DNA of 64,000 nt from Propioniciclava sp. (lineage in GTDB: Bacteria > Actinomycetota > Actinomycetes > Propionibacteriales > Propionibacteriaceae): contig NZ_JASGHT010000001.1 in the NCBI RefSeq assembly GCF_047602245.1, positions 1,463,896 through 1,527,895 on the forward strand. Direction: 5' to 3'. Under the pieces are notes generated by a model, which had not been told where the DNA came from, did not search any database, and saw nothing but the letters and a program-made list of their open reading frames with translations. Position numbers and translations under genes: made by a program. Shown one piece after another: positions 18,892 through 27,928 of the stretch; position 1 is the stretch's first letter, and each line of letters starts with the position of its first letter.

Positions 18892-19188
18892 ATGAGTGTC
18901 AAGCCTGGTTTGACGCCGAAACGTGAGCGGGAGATCCCTGAGTATGCCGCGATGGTGCGGCGGGTGAACATGGCTCTGGGGCGCCGTGTGGGTGATGCCG
19001 ATGTCGAGGACCTGGCCGAGTTGCTCGCGATGCGTGGGGTTGTCGAGCAGGCGACCGCCACGGCGATCCGGGGTATGCGGCGCCGAGGCGTCTCGTGGGG
19101 CGACATCGGCCGCGGCCTGGGAGTCACGCGGCAAGCGGCTCATGCGGCGTGGGCGTGGGTTGAAAGTCTCGACCACGGTCCTCGATGA
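18892..19188 (+). CDS. small HTH protein (possible excisionase/RDF or regulator)
   Basis: GVSWGDIGRGLGVTRQAAHAAW is HTH-like; ATGA overlap with the integrase start. Confidence 0.55.
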   Translation: MSVKPGLTPKREREIPEYAAMVRRVNMALGRRVGDADVEDLAELLAMRGVVEQATATAIRGMRRRGVSWGDIGRGLGVTRQAAHAAWAWVESLDHGPR

Positions 19189-20066
19189 CGGGGGCCGGCG
19201 CTCTACTGTCCGGCGGCGTGAATCTGGACGATCCTCGATCGAAGTATGTGCCTGCCTGTTGGTGTGAGCCGATCGCGGCGTGGTGCGCTGCGCTGGTGAC
19301 AGCAGGCCGGGCGGCGGACACTGTGGTGACGCGTGGCGACCAGCTGCGCCGGCTTGCGCGGGCGATGGGCGATGTCGGCCCGTGGGACGTGACGAGTGTG
19401 CAGCTCGTCGAGTGGGCTGCTCGGCAGGTGTGGAGCCGGGAGACGCGCCGGAGTGTCTACGCCGGCGTCCGAGCGTTCTACCGGTGGGCGGTCGGCGCGG
19501 GTTTGATCGGCCACTCCCCTGCTGATGGTCTGCCGGCGGTGCGGGCGTCTGATCCGTGCCCGCGGCCGACGCCGGATGACGTGCACCACCAGGCGCTCGC
19601 CGATGCTGATCCGCGGACGTGGATCATCTTGAGGCTCGCGGCCGAGGCTGGTTTACGGCGTGGTGAGATCGCCCGGGTGCATGCTCGTGACTTGTGGCGT
19701 GATCTCGCGGGGTGGAGCCTCACGGTGCACGGCAAGGGCGGCAAGACGCGGGTGGTGCCACTCACGGACGCGTTGGCGGACGCGCTGCGCGTGGCGATCG
19801 CCGCGGCGGGCGGCGGGTGGGTGCTGCCTGGCGATGTGGACGGGCACCTGTCACCGCGCTGGGTCGGCACACTGGCTGCTCGGGTGTTGCCGGGCGCTTG
19901 GACGCTGCACAGTTTGCGGCACCGGTTCGCCACGAGGGCTCATGACGCGACTCACGACCTGATCGCTGTCCAGCGACTTCTAGGGCATGCGTCGGTTGCC
20001 ACGACCCAGCGCTACGTTGCGTCGTCTCAGGATGCTCTACGTCGTGCGGCCGCGGCCGCCGCGTAG
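19185..20066 (+). CDS. int: tyrosine recombinase / phage integrase
   Basis: GLRRGEI (Arg I), HSLRHRFAT (H-x-x-R) and LGHASVATTQRY (catalytic Tyr). Ends in RRAAAAAA. Confidence 0.9.
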   Translation: MTGAGALLSGGVNLDDPRSKYVPACWCEPIAAWCAALVTAGRAADTVVTRGDQLRRLARAMGDVGPWDVTSVQLVEWAARQVWSRETRRSVYAGVRAFYRWAVGAGLIGHSPADGLPAVRASDPCPRPTPDDVHHQALADADPRTWIILRLAAEAGLRRGEIARVHARDLWRDLAGWSLTVHGKGGKTRVVPLTDALADALRVAIAAAGGGWVLPGDVDGHLSPRWVGTLAARVLPGAWTLHSLRHRFATRAHDATHDLIAVQRLLGHASVATTQRYVASSQDALRRAAAAAA

Positions 20067-20084
20067 CAGATACGCTCAGGGTTC

Positions 20085-20318
20085 ATGAAGTGCTGGGGGT
20101 GCGGCCTTGACCTCGATGACGGCGAGGCGTGCTGGAGGTGCGAAGTGGTGCCGGCGTTGCGCCAGGTGTGCGCAGACGCCGACACCGATTGCTGGGTGAC
20201 GTGCGGGGATCAGTCCCGCTGCGACGAGCTATTCGTTCATGACGCCGGGTTGGGCAGTGCTGATGTCGCCTTGGGCTTGGCGGGTGCGGGCGGCGTCTCG
20301 GTCGGCGAGGGCTGCTGA
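20085..20318 (+). CDS. hypothetical Cys-rich protein
   Basis: CWGC...CWRC zinc-ribbon-like pairs. Its 3' end overlaps the convergent holin-like gene by 90 nt. Confidence 0.3.
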   Translation: MKCWGCGLDLDDGEACWRCEVVPALRQVCADADTDCWVTCGDQSRCDELFVHDAGLGSADVALGLAGAGGVSVGEGC

Positions 20319-20564
20319 GACGGCGGCCTTGATCCGGGCGTCCAGGACGCCGTTGGTCTGTGAGGCGGCTTGGGCGCTGTTTCGGCTGGCAGAGGCGACG
20401 ACTTCGCCGACGAGGAGCCCGAGGATCACGGGTCCGGCGATGACCCAGATGGGTGAGGAATCGACGCCGGATTGCTCGGCGGCCAGCCAGGCGCCGAGGA
20501 ACAGGCCGGTCATGATGATGCCGGCGACGAGGGAGCGTAGCGGCATGGTCTTGTCGTTGGTCAC
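20229..20564 (-). CDS. holin-like membrane protein
   Basis: Two TM helices; GTGA overlap with the endolysin stop; last gene of the late operon. Confidence 0.55.
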   Translation of the reverse strand: MTNDKTMPLRSLVAGIIMTGLFLGAWLAAEQSGVDSSPIWVIAGPVILGLLVGEVVASASRNSAQAASQTNGVLDARIKAAVSAALADRDAARTRQAQGDISTAQPGVMNE

Positions 20565-21346
20565 AGCGCGGCCTCTTCGGCGTCCGTGGTCTTGGTGATG
20601 TGGTTGTAGATCGCGGCGATCGCGTCGTCGGTGCGGATGCTGGTGCCGTCGGCGAGGGTCAGGCGCTCGAGCTCGGCGGCGGCGGCGAGGGCGTCGTCGC
20701 GCGTGGTGGTCCACGTGCGGGCAGGGTCGCGGCCGCTGACGGGGATGGCGGCGGCGAATGCTGCGGTGAGCTCGTCGCGGATGATGGTGCGGAGCTCGTC
20801 TTTGGTGGCCATGATGTCGTCTTCCTTGGGCTGGGTGTGGGTGGTGGTGGGTGCCGGTAAGCCGGCGCGGACCCAGGCGCGTAGGTGCGGGCCTGGGCAG
20901 TCGGTGCGGGTGCTGCCGGCGTCGCCGTGGCCGACGATGGTGCAGCCCTTGGCTGCCTTGCCGGCGAGCTCGTGGGCGACGCGGCGCAGGGTGGTGAGCA
21001 TGGCGGGGGTGGGGGTCTCGGCCATGCCGAGGATGGCCAGGATGGATTGCGAGGTGCCACCCTGACCGGCGGTGGCGCCGTCGCGGACGTCGGCGCCGCG
21101 GAGCTCCCAGACTCGGCCGGCTTGGTCGACGCCGACCGCGTAGGCGATGTCGGTCCAGCCTTGGACGGCCTGGTGATAGCGCTGCCAGGCGCGCAGGTAG
21201 CTGGCGATCGCCTCGGGGTTGGCGCCGATTGGGGTGGTGGAGGCGGGCCAGTGGATGACGATTTTACGGACGCGTGACCAGGTGAGCAGGGTGCGGCCTT
21301 TGGCCGGTTGCGCACCCCAGTCGGTGCGGCGGTAGTCATAGCGCAT
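20561..21346 (-). CDS. N-acetylmuramoyl-L-alanine amidase (PGRP/Amidase_2) endolysin
   Basis: IVIHW, IAYAVGVDQAGRVWELRG and GHGD...TDCPG motifs. Confidence 0.85.
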   Translation of the reverse strand: MRYDYRRTDWGAQPAKGRTLLTWSRVRKIVIHWPASTTPIGANPEAIASYLRAWQRYHQAVQGWTDIAYAVGVDQAGRVWELRGADVRDGATAGQGGTSQSILAILGMAETPTPAMLTTLRRVAHELAGKAAKGCTIVGHGDAGSTRTDCPGPHLRAWVRAGLPAPTTTHTQPKEDDIMATKDELRTIIRDELTAAFAAAIPVSGRDPARTWTTTRDDALAAAAELERLTLADGTSIRTDDAIAAIYNHITKTTDAEEAAL

Positions 21347-21361
21347 TCGACGGGCCTTTCG

Positions 21362-23194
21362 TTATGCGTTAGCGATGGTGGTGACGCTGCCGGAGGAGCC
21401 GCGGTATTTCAGGGCGCCGTTTTCGACGTAGATGATTCCGCCGCTGGCCGGGCTCGCGGTCGGCACAGCGTGGGCGTTGCGGATTCCGATCACGCCTTTC
21501 CCGGCGCCGAGCCCGGATGATTCTTGGGCGCCGGCCAGCAGTGTCGAGCCGGGGATGATGAGCGGCAGCCCGTCTGCCGACGGGTAGTTCGCGATTGGGC
21601 CGGGGTGCGAGTTCGCCATGCTCAAGACGTTGCGCGAGGTGGCGAAGGAAAGTTGCTCGGTGGCGCGGTTTCCGGGGTCGGTGATGGTATTGCCGATAGC
21701 GACGATTCGGGTGGCGTCTGGGGCGAGAACGGCCATGGATCGGCGGGTCGTGGCCGTGTTGGTGGTCCAGGAACTGGTGATCGCGTTGAGGGCGACGACG
21801 ACGGCGCCGAGCGTGCCGGTGAGGAGCAGGCCACTGCTGCCTGAGGCGTGGATGAGGTTGGCGGAAACCACGGCGTCAGTGACGGATTGGATCAGGATTC
21901 CCGTGACGCCGGCATCGGTGACCGTGTTGCCGGTGACGGTGATCGCGTAGCAGCCGGGGCCGCCGGAGCCGACCATGATGCCGTGCCAGGCGGCGGCGGT
22001 GACGGTGTTGCCGGTGATGCTGATCGCGCGGACGGGGTGGTCGACGGATGATCCGACGACCTGGATGCCGGCATAGTTGGTGGTAGCACCATATGTGTTC
22101 GCTTGCGTGATGGTGTTTCCGGAAATCGTGACGTTAGCGGTAGATCGGATTCCGTAGGAGCTTTCTTCTGCGATGTAGATCCCGGCGTTGCGCGTGGTGT
22201 CGACTGCATTGGAGCTGATGGCGACGGTGTCACCGCCGACCACAGCGATGCCGCGGCTGTGAGACTGGCGGATCACGTTGCCGGTAATGCTGACAGATCG
22301 GCAGCGGCCGGAATCGGTCAGGTAGGAGACCACCGCGATGCTGTCGTCTCCCGTGTTCTCGAGCTGGTTGCCGGTAATGGTGATGTCTCGTGATGCGCCG
22401 GTGACGTGAATGCCGTCGGCTTTGGTGTCGCGGATGTGGCATCCCTCGATCCGTCCGGAAGTGCAGCCATGGCCGACGTAGATGCCGACGCCCTCTGTGC
22501 CGGTGGTTGAGCAGCGGGCCACGCTCCAGCGGTCGGAGGACTCGATGGAGATGCCTCGGGTGGGGCCGCGGCGCAGGGTGGGGTTGGCCCCGCGGGAGAT
22601 GAGGCCGTCGAGGGCGAAGTCTGTGCACCCGACGAGCTGGAGGTATGGCTTGGTGGTGGAGGAGCAGACGAGTTCTGCGCCGTCGCCGAGAAGCTGGAAG
22701 TGGTGACGGCTGGCGATGGTCAGGCCGCGATGGTGGTAAGCGCCGCGCGGGAAGTAGAGGGCGTCGCCGGGCTCGAGTGCAACAAAGAGGTCGTTGAGCG
22801 CGTCGGTGATGTCGCTTCCGTCGCCGTAAATGCCACGTAGGGCCACGTTGATGGGGAGTCGGGTGGTGACGAAAGCGATTCGGTCGGCGACCGCGTTGGC
22901 GGTCTCGGTGGCGCTGTCGTCGATGAGGTGCGCGACGGCGTCATCCTCACCCGTCAGTCCCATGATCTGTTCGGCGGTGGCCAGCGCGGCTTGCATCTGT
23001 TGCCCGGCGGCGATCAGTGCTGGGAGTTGCGCGAGCCAGGTGGTCGCCGCGTCGTTCGAGGCAGTGAGCTTCGAGGCGAGCCGCTGCGTGTACTCGGGCA
23101 GTAGATAGAGGTAGTTGCTGCTGTCGAGGAGCGGGAAGCCGCCGGGGTCCATGCGGCCGATTTCATCGTCGTGCGGGGGGATGGACAGTGTCAT
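21362..23194 (-). CDS. tail fibre/spike protein with right-handed parallel beta-helix (pectate-lyase fold)
   Basis: Many repeats of the I(T/S)GN(T/V)I(T/R) type; ATGA overlap with the upstream gene. Confidence 0.7.
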   Translation of the reverse strand: MTLSIPPHDDEIGRMDPGGFPLLDSSNYLYLLPEYTQRLASKLTASNDAATTWLAQLPALIAAGQQMQAALATAEQIMGLTGEDDAVAHLIDDSATETANAVADRIAFVTTRLPINVALRGIYGDGSDITDALNDLFVALEPGDALYFPRGAYHHRGLTIASRHHFQLLGDGAELVCSSTTKPYLQLVGCTDFALDGLISRGANPTLRRGPTRGISIESSDRWSVARCSTTGTEGVGIYVGHGCTSGRIEGCHIRDTKADGIHVTGASRDITITGNQLENTGDDSIAVVSYLTDSGRCRSVSITGNVIRQSHSRGIAVVGGDTVAISSNAVDTTRNAGIYIAEESSYGIRSTANVTISGNTITQANTYGATTNYAGIQVVGSSVDHPVRAISITGNTVTAAAWHGIMVGSGGPGCYAITVTGNTVTDAGVTGILIQSVTDAVVSANLIHASGSSGLLLTGTLGAVVVALNAITSSWTTNTATTRRSMAVLAPDATRIVAIGNTITDPGNRATEQLSFATSRNVLSMANSHPGPIANYPSADGLPLIIPGSTLLAGAQESSGLGAGKGVIGIRNAHAVPTASPASGGIIYVENGALKYRGSSGSVTTIANA

Positions 23195-24564
23195 GTGGTT
23201 CTCCAGCTGGTCGGCGCGTCGACGACGCGGGTATCGATGATGCGGATCTGGTCGGCGAGGGTCAGCGGGTCGTCGAGTGGTCCGCAATGCTCGAAGCGGG
23301 CGGCGACGGTGTCTCGAGGCCTTGGGTTGGTGGGGACATCGGCGGGCGTCGGCCAGTCTGACCACCTCATCGGGCGGATTCCGGCGGTGACGGCCGGGGC
23401 GAGGGTGACGCTGGCTGTGAGCTGGCCGGCGGCGATCTCGATGGTGCCGGCAGAGATGTAGACGGCGGGGTCGAGATCGGCGGGCACGGGGTCTAGGAAG
23501 AAGATGGTGGTGGTGCGCCGGCGGACGTCTAGGACGGCGTCCCAGGGCACATCGTCGAGGCCGACGGCCAGGCGGGCGGCGGTGAGGACCGGTCGCGGGG
23601 TGGTGCCTTCGCCGGCGATGCCAGCGGCGAAAGGGCCGATCTCGGGGAGGACGACTGTGGACGGGTCGAGGGGGTGAGCGGCGGTGGTCTCGAATTCGAG
23701 GTCGGTGTCGATCGTCAGTGACGCTGTGGGGAGGTGCCGGGCCTGCGGCGATCGCCAGTTGCGGCTTGTCTCGCTGACGTCGCCGGTGTCGCGGTCGGCG
23801 ACGTAGAAGGTGACACGGACAACTGTGACTAGCCCGCGGCGACTTAGGTCGCGTCCGGCGTCCTCGACGCGGGAGGCTGACAGGACCGCGGGGGGCGCGC
23901 CGCGTGAGACGACGGCGGCCGGTGGGTGGGGTGGGTCATGGCGGGGGACTCTGATATGTGTGCCGTCAGGGTGCACGAGGGCTATGCCGGTCGAGCTCGC
24001 GACTGCGAGGCGGGCGTAGCTTGAGGCGGTCCGGTGGATGATCTCGAGGGCGTCGGCGGCGTCGACGTCTCGGGCGACCAGCCACTGATGCTCTGGTGAG
24101 TCGTCGTCGGGGTCGAGGAGCGCTATGGGGGATGCGTGGTTGATCTGTGCGATGCGGTCTCGGAGCCGCACGTCAGCGGCTGGCCACGGGGACGCGGCGA
24201 GTCGGATTCCGGCGGCGCGTCCGACTGCGTTCGCGGCGGCGATCTTGTAGATCCAGGCATCGGAGGTGCGGCGGGCGTGGACTGATTCGACCCACCATGA
24301 CCCAAGGTCGAGGGTGGCGTTGTGGACTCGGCAGGATATGTGCAGTTTTGAGTCGAGGTGGATGAGCCCCGGGGTGGGGTAGCGGAGCGTAAGGGATAGT
24401 GAGCCTGGCTCTTCGTGGGTGCGGGCGTTCGGGTGCGACCACTCGCAGGTCAGGGCGCCGACGGCGGTGAGGATGCCGAGGTTAGCGGCTGCACCGCTTG
24501 TCGTGTTCACCGTGATGGTGTCGTCGATCTTGAGAGAAACGTCGACGGGCGTGGACCACCTCAT
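23191..24564 (-). CDS. minor tail protein
   Basis: Lies directly downstream of the tape measure gene; ATGA overlaps at both ends. Confidence 0.55.
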   Translation of the reverse strand: MRWSTPVDVSLKIDDTITVNTTSGAAANLGILTAVGALTCEWSHPNARTHEEPGSLSLTLRYPTPGLIHLDSKLHISCRVHNATLDLGSWWVESVHARRTSDAWIYKIAAANAVGRAAGIRLAASPWPAADVRLRDRIAQINHASPIALLDPDDDSPEHQWLVARDVDAADALEIIHRTASSYARLAVASSTGIALVHPDGTHIRVPRHDPPHPPAAVVSRGAPPAVLSASRVEDAGRDLSRRGLVTVVRVTFYVADRDTGDVSETSRNWRSPQARHLPTASLTIDTDLEFETTAAHPLDPSTVVLPEIGPFAAGIAGEGTTPRPVLTAARLAVGLDDVPWDAVLDVRRRTTTIFFLDPVPADLDPAVYISAGTIEIAAGQLTASVTLAPAVTAGIRPMRWSDWPTPADVPTNPRPRDTVAARFEHCGPLDDPLTLADQIRIIDTRVVDAPTSWRTT

Positions 24565-26042
24565 AGCGGTGAGCCGGTCAGGTCAATGACGCCTCGGATG
24601 CGTGCGTCTGAGGTCAGGATGCTGCGGATCTGTGCGGCGACGGCGCGCGGGTCTAAAGCACCATTCACGGTGATCGCGATGACGGGCGCGACCGCGGTAG
24701 CCGCCGAGTTAGATCCGCGCATGAAGGCGGGCGCGGCGCTGATGCCGGCGGCGGCAGTGAAATCGGCCGGGCTGACGGTGAGCTGCGCGCCGACGGATGC
24801 GCCAGAGAAGAAGCTGCCGATGTCGGCGCCGACCTTCTTGGCGCCGGCGAGGAGGCCGCCGACCACGTCGGCGGCGCGCCGGGCGAGTCCCATGAGCCTG
24901 TCAATGGCGTCCATGGCAGGTTGGAGGAACTCGGCGCCGGCGGCTTCGATCTGGTTGAAGGTCTGGGAGAGCCATCCCCAGGCGGCTTGTCCGGCGGCGA
25001 CGGTCGCCCGCCAACAGTCGAGGGCGACTTGCTTGACGGCGTTCCAGTTCTGGACCAGGAGAACGATGATGGCGATGAGCCCGGCGATGCCGATGATGGC
25101 CAAGCCGACGGGGTTGGCGGCGAGGGCGGCGTTCCACAGCCATTGGGCGGCGGTCACGGCGGCCTGGATGGCCGGCAACGCGGTCATGATCGCGTTGTAG
25201 CCGACGACGACGCCGACCAGGGTGCCCAGCACGCCGATGAGGATCAGGAACGCGTCTGCGTTCTCGGTGATGAAGGTTGCGGCGACGGCCATGGCCTGGT
25301 TGGCTGCGGTCTGTGCGGGGAGGAGCGCGGTGCCGAGGGTGGCTGAGGCTTCCTCGGCGGCGGCGCGGGCGCGCTGCTGGGCGCCGGCAGCGTTGTCGGC
25401 TTCGCGGGCGAACGCGCCGGCGGTATCAGCGGTCTGCTCGTTGAGGAGGGCGAGCATGGCTTGGGCGGTGGCGGCTTTGTCGGCCTCGCCTGTGAGACCG
25501 TTGAGGCCCATGGCGGCCTTGCGGGCCTCGACGTCGGCTGCCTTGATGCTGACACCGTAGCGTTCGATCGGGTCGGCTTCGCCGCGCATGAGGCTGCCCA
25601 GTGCGGCCACGGCGTCCGAGGTGGGGCCGCCGAAGGTGGCGGCGAGGTCGGCGCCCTTGCTGATGAGGTCGTCGGTCTGGCCCGCGAGCTGGGCGGTCGG
25701 CACCCCCATGTTCTTGAGCTGCGAGCCGACGATGGAGGCCATCTCCTGGTATTCGCTGGTGGCCAGTCCGACGCTGTCGACAGCCTGGGCGGCGTAGGCC
25801 TTGACGGCGTCCGCCTGGCCCTTGAACACGCTCTCGACGGCGCCGGTGGATTCCTGGAGGCTGCTGGCGCTGCTGGCGGCGTCCTGGGCGAGTGCGAGGA
25901 GCCCGACGCCGACGGCGGCCGCGGGGACGGCGGCGCGGCGCAGGCCGTCGTCGAGTCGGCTGCCGGCGCTGGCGACTTTGTCGAGGTCGCGGGCGGCGTC
26001 GGATGCGTCGGTTACGACCTGGACCTTGAGAATGGCGGTCAT
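24561..26042 (-). CDS. tape measure protein
   Basis: 493 aa, Ala-rich coiled region with an internal hydrophobic block; follows the chaperone genes. Confidence 0.85.
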   Translation of the reverse strand: MTAILKVQVVTDASDAARDLDKVASAGSRLDDGLRRAAVPAAAVGVGLLALAQDAASSASSLQESTGAVESVFKGQADAVKAYAAQAVDSVGLATSEYQEMASIVGSQLKNMGVPTAQLAGQTDDLISKGADLAATFGGPTSDAVAALGSLMRGEADPIERYGVSIKAADVEARKAAMGLNGLTGEADKAATAQAMLALLNEQTADTAGAFAREADNAAGAQQRARAAAEEASATLGTALLPAQTAANQAMAVAATFITENADAFLILIGVLGTLVGVVVGYNAIMTALPAIQAAVTAAQWLWNAALAANPVGLAIIGIAGLIAIIVLLVQNWNAVKQVALDCWRATVAAGQAAWGWLSQTFNQIEAAGAEFLQPAMDAIDRLMGLARRAADVVGGLLAGAKKVGADIGSFFSGASVGAQLTVSPADFTAAAGISAAPAFMRGSNSAATAVAPVIAITVNGALDPRAVAAQIRSILTSDARIRGVIDLTGSPL

Positions 26043-26159
26043 GGGCTTACCTCCTTGCTGCGCGGTCGTCGAGGATGGTGAGGATGGTCGCGATCTGCTG
26101 GTCGTCCTGCTGGAGGAGCCAGGGCATCGGGAAGCCGGGGGCGGCTGCCGCGATCTCGG

Positions 26160-26480
26160 TCAGGAGCCGGATGCGGGAGCCGGCCGGGTAGGGTCCGCCG
26201 GCGCCGTGTCGTCGATCTTCTTGACCTGGGCTTGGAGGCAGTGGGCTTCGAAGTCCTCGAAGGTGTCGGTGGTGTCGCCGGCGCGGGTCATGGCTGCCCA
26301 CGCGAGGAAGGTTGACCAGAGGAAGGGGGCGTCGATGGCCTGGGGCCACTGTCGGCGTCCGCGGGTGAGGTCCCAGCGGACCACGTCACGGTTGTCGGTC
26401 TGCACTTCGAGCTGGACGAGGGTGCCGTCGGGCTGCTCGACGACGACGTCGATGATGGGGCTCTTCAATTGGATGGTCAT
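26160..26480 (-). CDS. tail assembly chaperone (G-like); -1 frame extension open to 26047
   Basis: Lies upstream of the tape measure gene. An overlapping -1 frame ORF ends at 26047. Confidence 0.65.
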   Translation of the reverse strand: MTIQLKSPIIDVVVEQPDGTLVQLEVQTDNRDVVRWDLTRGRRQWPQAIDAPFLWSTFLAWAAMTRAGDTTDTFEDFEAHCLQAQVKKIDDTAPADPTRPAPASGS

Positions 26481-26482
26481 GG

Positions 26483-26833
26483 TCAGGCTCCTTGGACGGT
26501 GTCGAGGGCGTGTTGTGCTTCGAGGTCGAGGGTGTGCAGCCAGGCGGATTCGGTGGCCTCAGCGGCGTGGGTGAGCCAGGGCCGGCCGTTGTGACCGGCC
26601 CAGCCCTGGTGTTGCGGGATGGCGTAGCGGGCGGTGTTGGTGACTTGGACGGCGCCGGGGGTGGTGACCAGGGCGTGGCTGCTGGCGAGGTGTCCGGTGC
26701 GCCTGGGGGCGTCCTGGGCGGCCTGCTGGGCGATGATCTGGCCGGCGGCGGTGTGGTCCAGCGTGTCGAGTTGCCGGCCGGCGTCGCGCAGGGTGTGCGC
26801 GAGCCGGTCGGCGCCCTCGACGGTGATGTCCAT
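26483..26833 (-). CDS. HK97 gp10-family neck/tail component
   Basis: DAPRRTGHLASS...ARYAIPQHQG resembles the HK97 gp10 family. Confidence 0.6.
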   Translation of the reverse strand: MDITVEGADRLAHTLRDAGRQLDTLDHTAAGQIIAQQAAQDAPRRTGHLASSHALVTTPGAVQVTNTARYAIPQHQGWAGHNGRPWLTHAAEATESAWLHTLDLEAQHALDTVQGA

Positions 26834-26834
26834 G

Positions 26835-27257
26835 TCAGGCGATCACGGCGATGAGGGGGTCGCCGATGACCTTAAAGGTGAAGTCGGCGCGGTTGCGCTT
26901 CTTGACGTCGCCGCCGATGTTGGTGGCACGCACCTGTAGCTGCCCGGTGAGCTTCTTGCTGCCGCCCGAGTTCGGCGTGAACGTGAACGGGAACGTCTTG
27001 CCGTTGTTGGTGAGGGTCCACTCGGACAGGCTCTTGGCCGACTGGGTGCCGAAGTCCTGGAGGATTTCACCTTCGAGTGTCCAGCTGGTGGTGAGGTCAC
27101 CAGCGACGACCTCACCGGACAGCACGGGGATGTCGTCTTCCTCGTCGTGCTTGGGGGTGAGGGTGCACTTGGTGACCTGGCTTGCGAACGAGGTGAGGGT
27201 GCCGACGGGGCCGATGTCGAGGACGCCGGGGCCGAGCTCGGTTTGGTAGACGGTCAT
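26835..27257 (-). CDS. major tail protein
   Basis: 140 aa; AAGGAG RBS; called from its position between the neck and chaperone genes. Confidence 0.65.
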   Translation of the reverse strand: MTVYQTELGPGVLDIGPVGTLTSFASQVTKCTLTPKHDEEDDIPVLSGEVVAGDLTTSWTLEGEILQDFGTQSAKSLSEWTLTNNGKTFPFTFTPNSGGSKKLTGQLQVRATNIGGDVKKRNRADFTFKVIGDPLIAVIA

Positions 27258-27259
27258 GA

Positions 27260-27607
27260 CTACTCCTTGATGTCGAGGTTGATGGTTGCGCGGTAGGCCG
27301 GCAGACCGGCCGGGTTGTGGTTTGGGAGCGCGACGGTGACCGCCTGGACGCTGCGGACACGGATGGCCGCCCGCACGCCGGCGAGGAGCCCATCGAGGGC
27401 GGCGAGGGCGTCCGTGGCCGGCAGGCTGCCGACGATGAGGTACAGGAGGATGGTGACCTCGTGCAGCTGGTCGTCGAGCGTGGACGCCGTTGAGGTGTCG
27501 GGCAGCACCCAGACGCCGGGGGTGTTGAGGTCGGCGGGGTCGGCGGCGGCGCTGATGCCGGCGGCGGCCAGCTGCGCGACGACCCACGACACGGCTTCGC
27601 CGAACAT
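27260..27607 (-). CDS. head-tail joining / tail terminator-like protein
   Basis: Called on position only. Confidence 0.45.
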   Translation of the reverse strand: MFGEAVSWVVAQLAAAGISAAADPADLNTPGVWVLPDTSTASTLDDQLHEVTILLYLIVGSLPATDALAALDGLLAGVRAAIRVRSVQAVTVALPNHNPAGLPAYRATINLDIKE

Positions 27608-27924
27608 CAGCCGACCTGCGGGGTGGTGTAGCCGTCGATGCGGAGGAGGCGTGCGATGTCGGGGTCGGTTCGGGCGACGTAGACGGCGGTGCCGTCGCTC
27701 ATGGCCTGGACGCCCTCGGGGCTGTTGCGGCGCCGGTAGAGGCGGGCGCCGAGCATGACGCCGGCGAGGTGGGCGTCACCAGCGGGCAGCCCGTCGGCGT
27801 AGCGGCTCGCGACACTGCCCGCCGCTGCGGCGCACTGGTCGATCAGTGCGTCGTCGGCGTGCGGGGCGGATGGGAGCTTGAGCCAGGCCTTGACCTGCTC
27901 GCGGGTGACGTCCACGGTGGCCAT
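27607..27924 (-). CDS. head-tail adaptor (gp6-like)
   Basis: Lies after the capsid gene. Contains VKAWLKL..D..I motifs common in gp6-like connectors. Confidence 0.6.
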   Translation of the reverse strand: MATVDVTREQVKAWLKLPSAPHADDALIDQCAAAAGSVASRYADGLPAGDAHLAGVMLGARLYRRRNSPEGVQAMSDGTAVYVARTDPDIARLLRIDGYTTPQVG

Positions 27925-27928
27925 CGGG

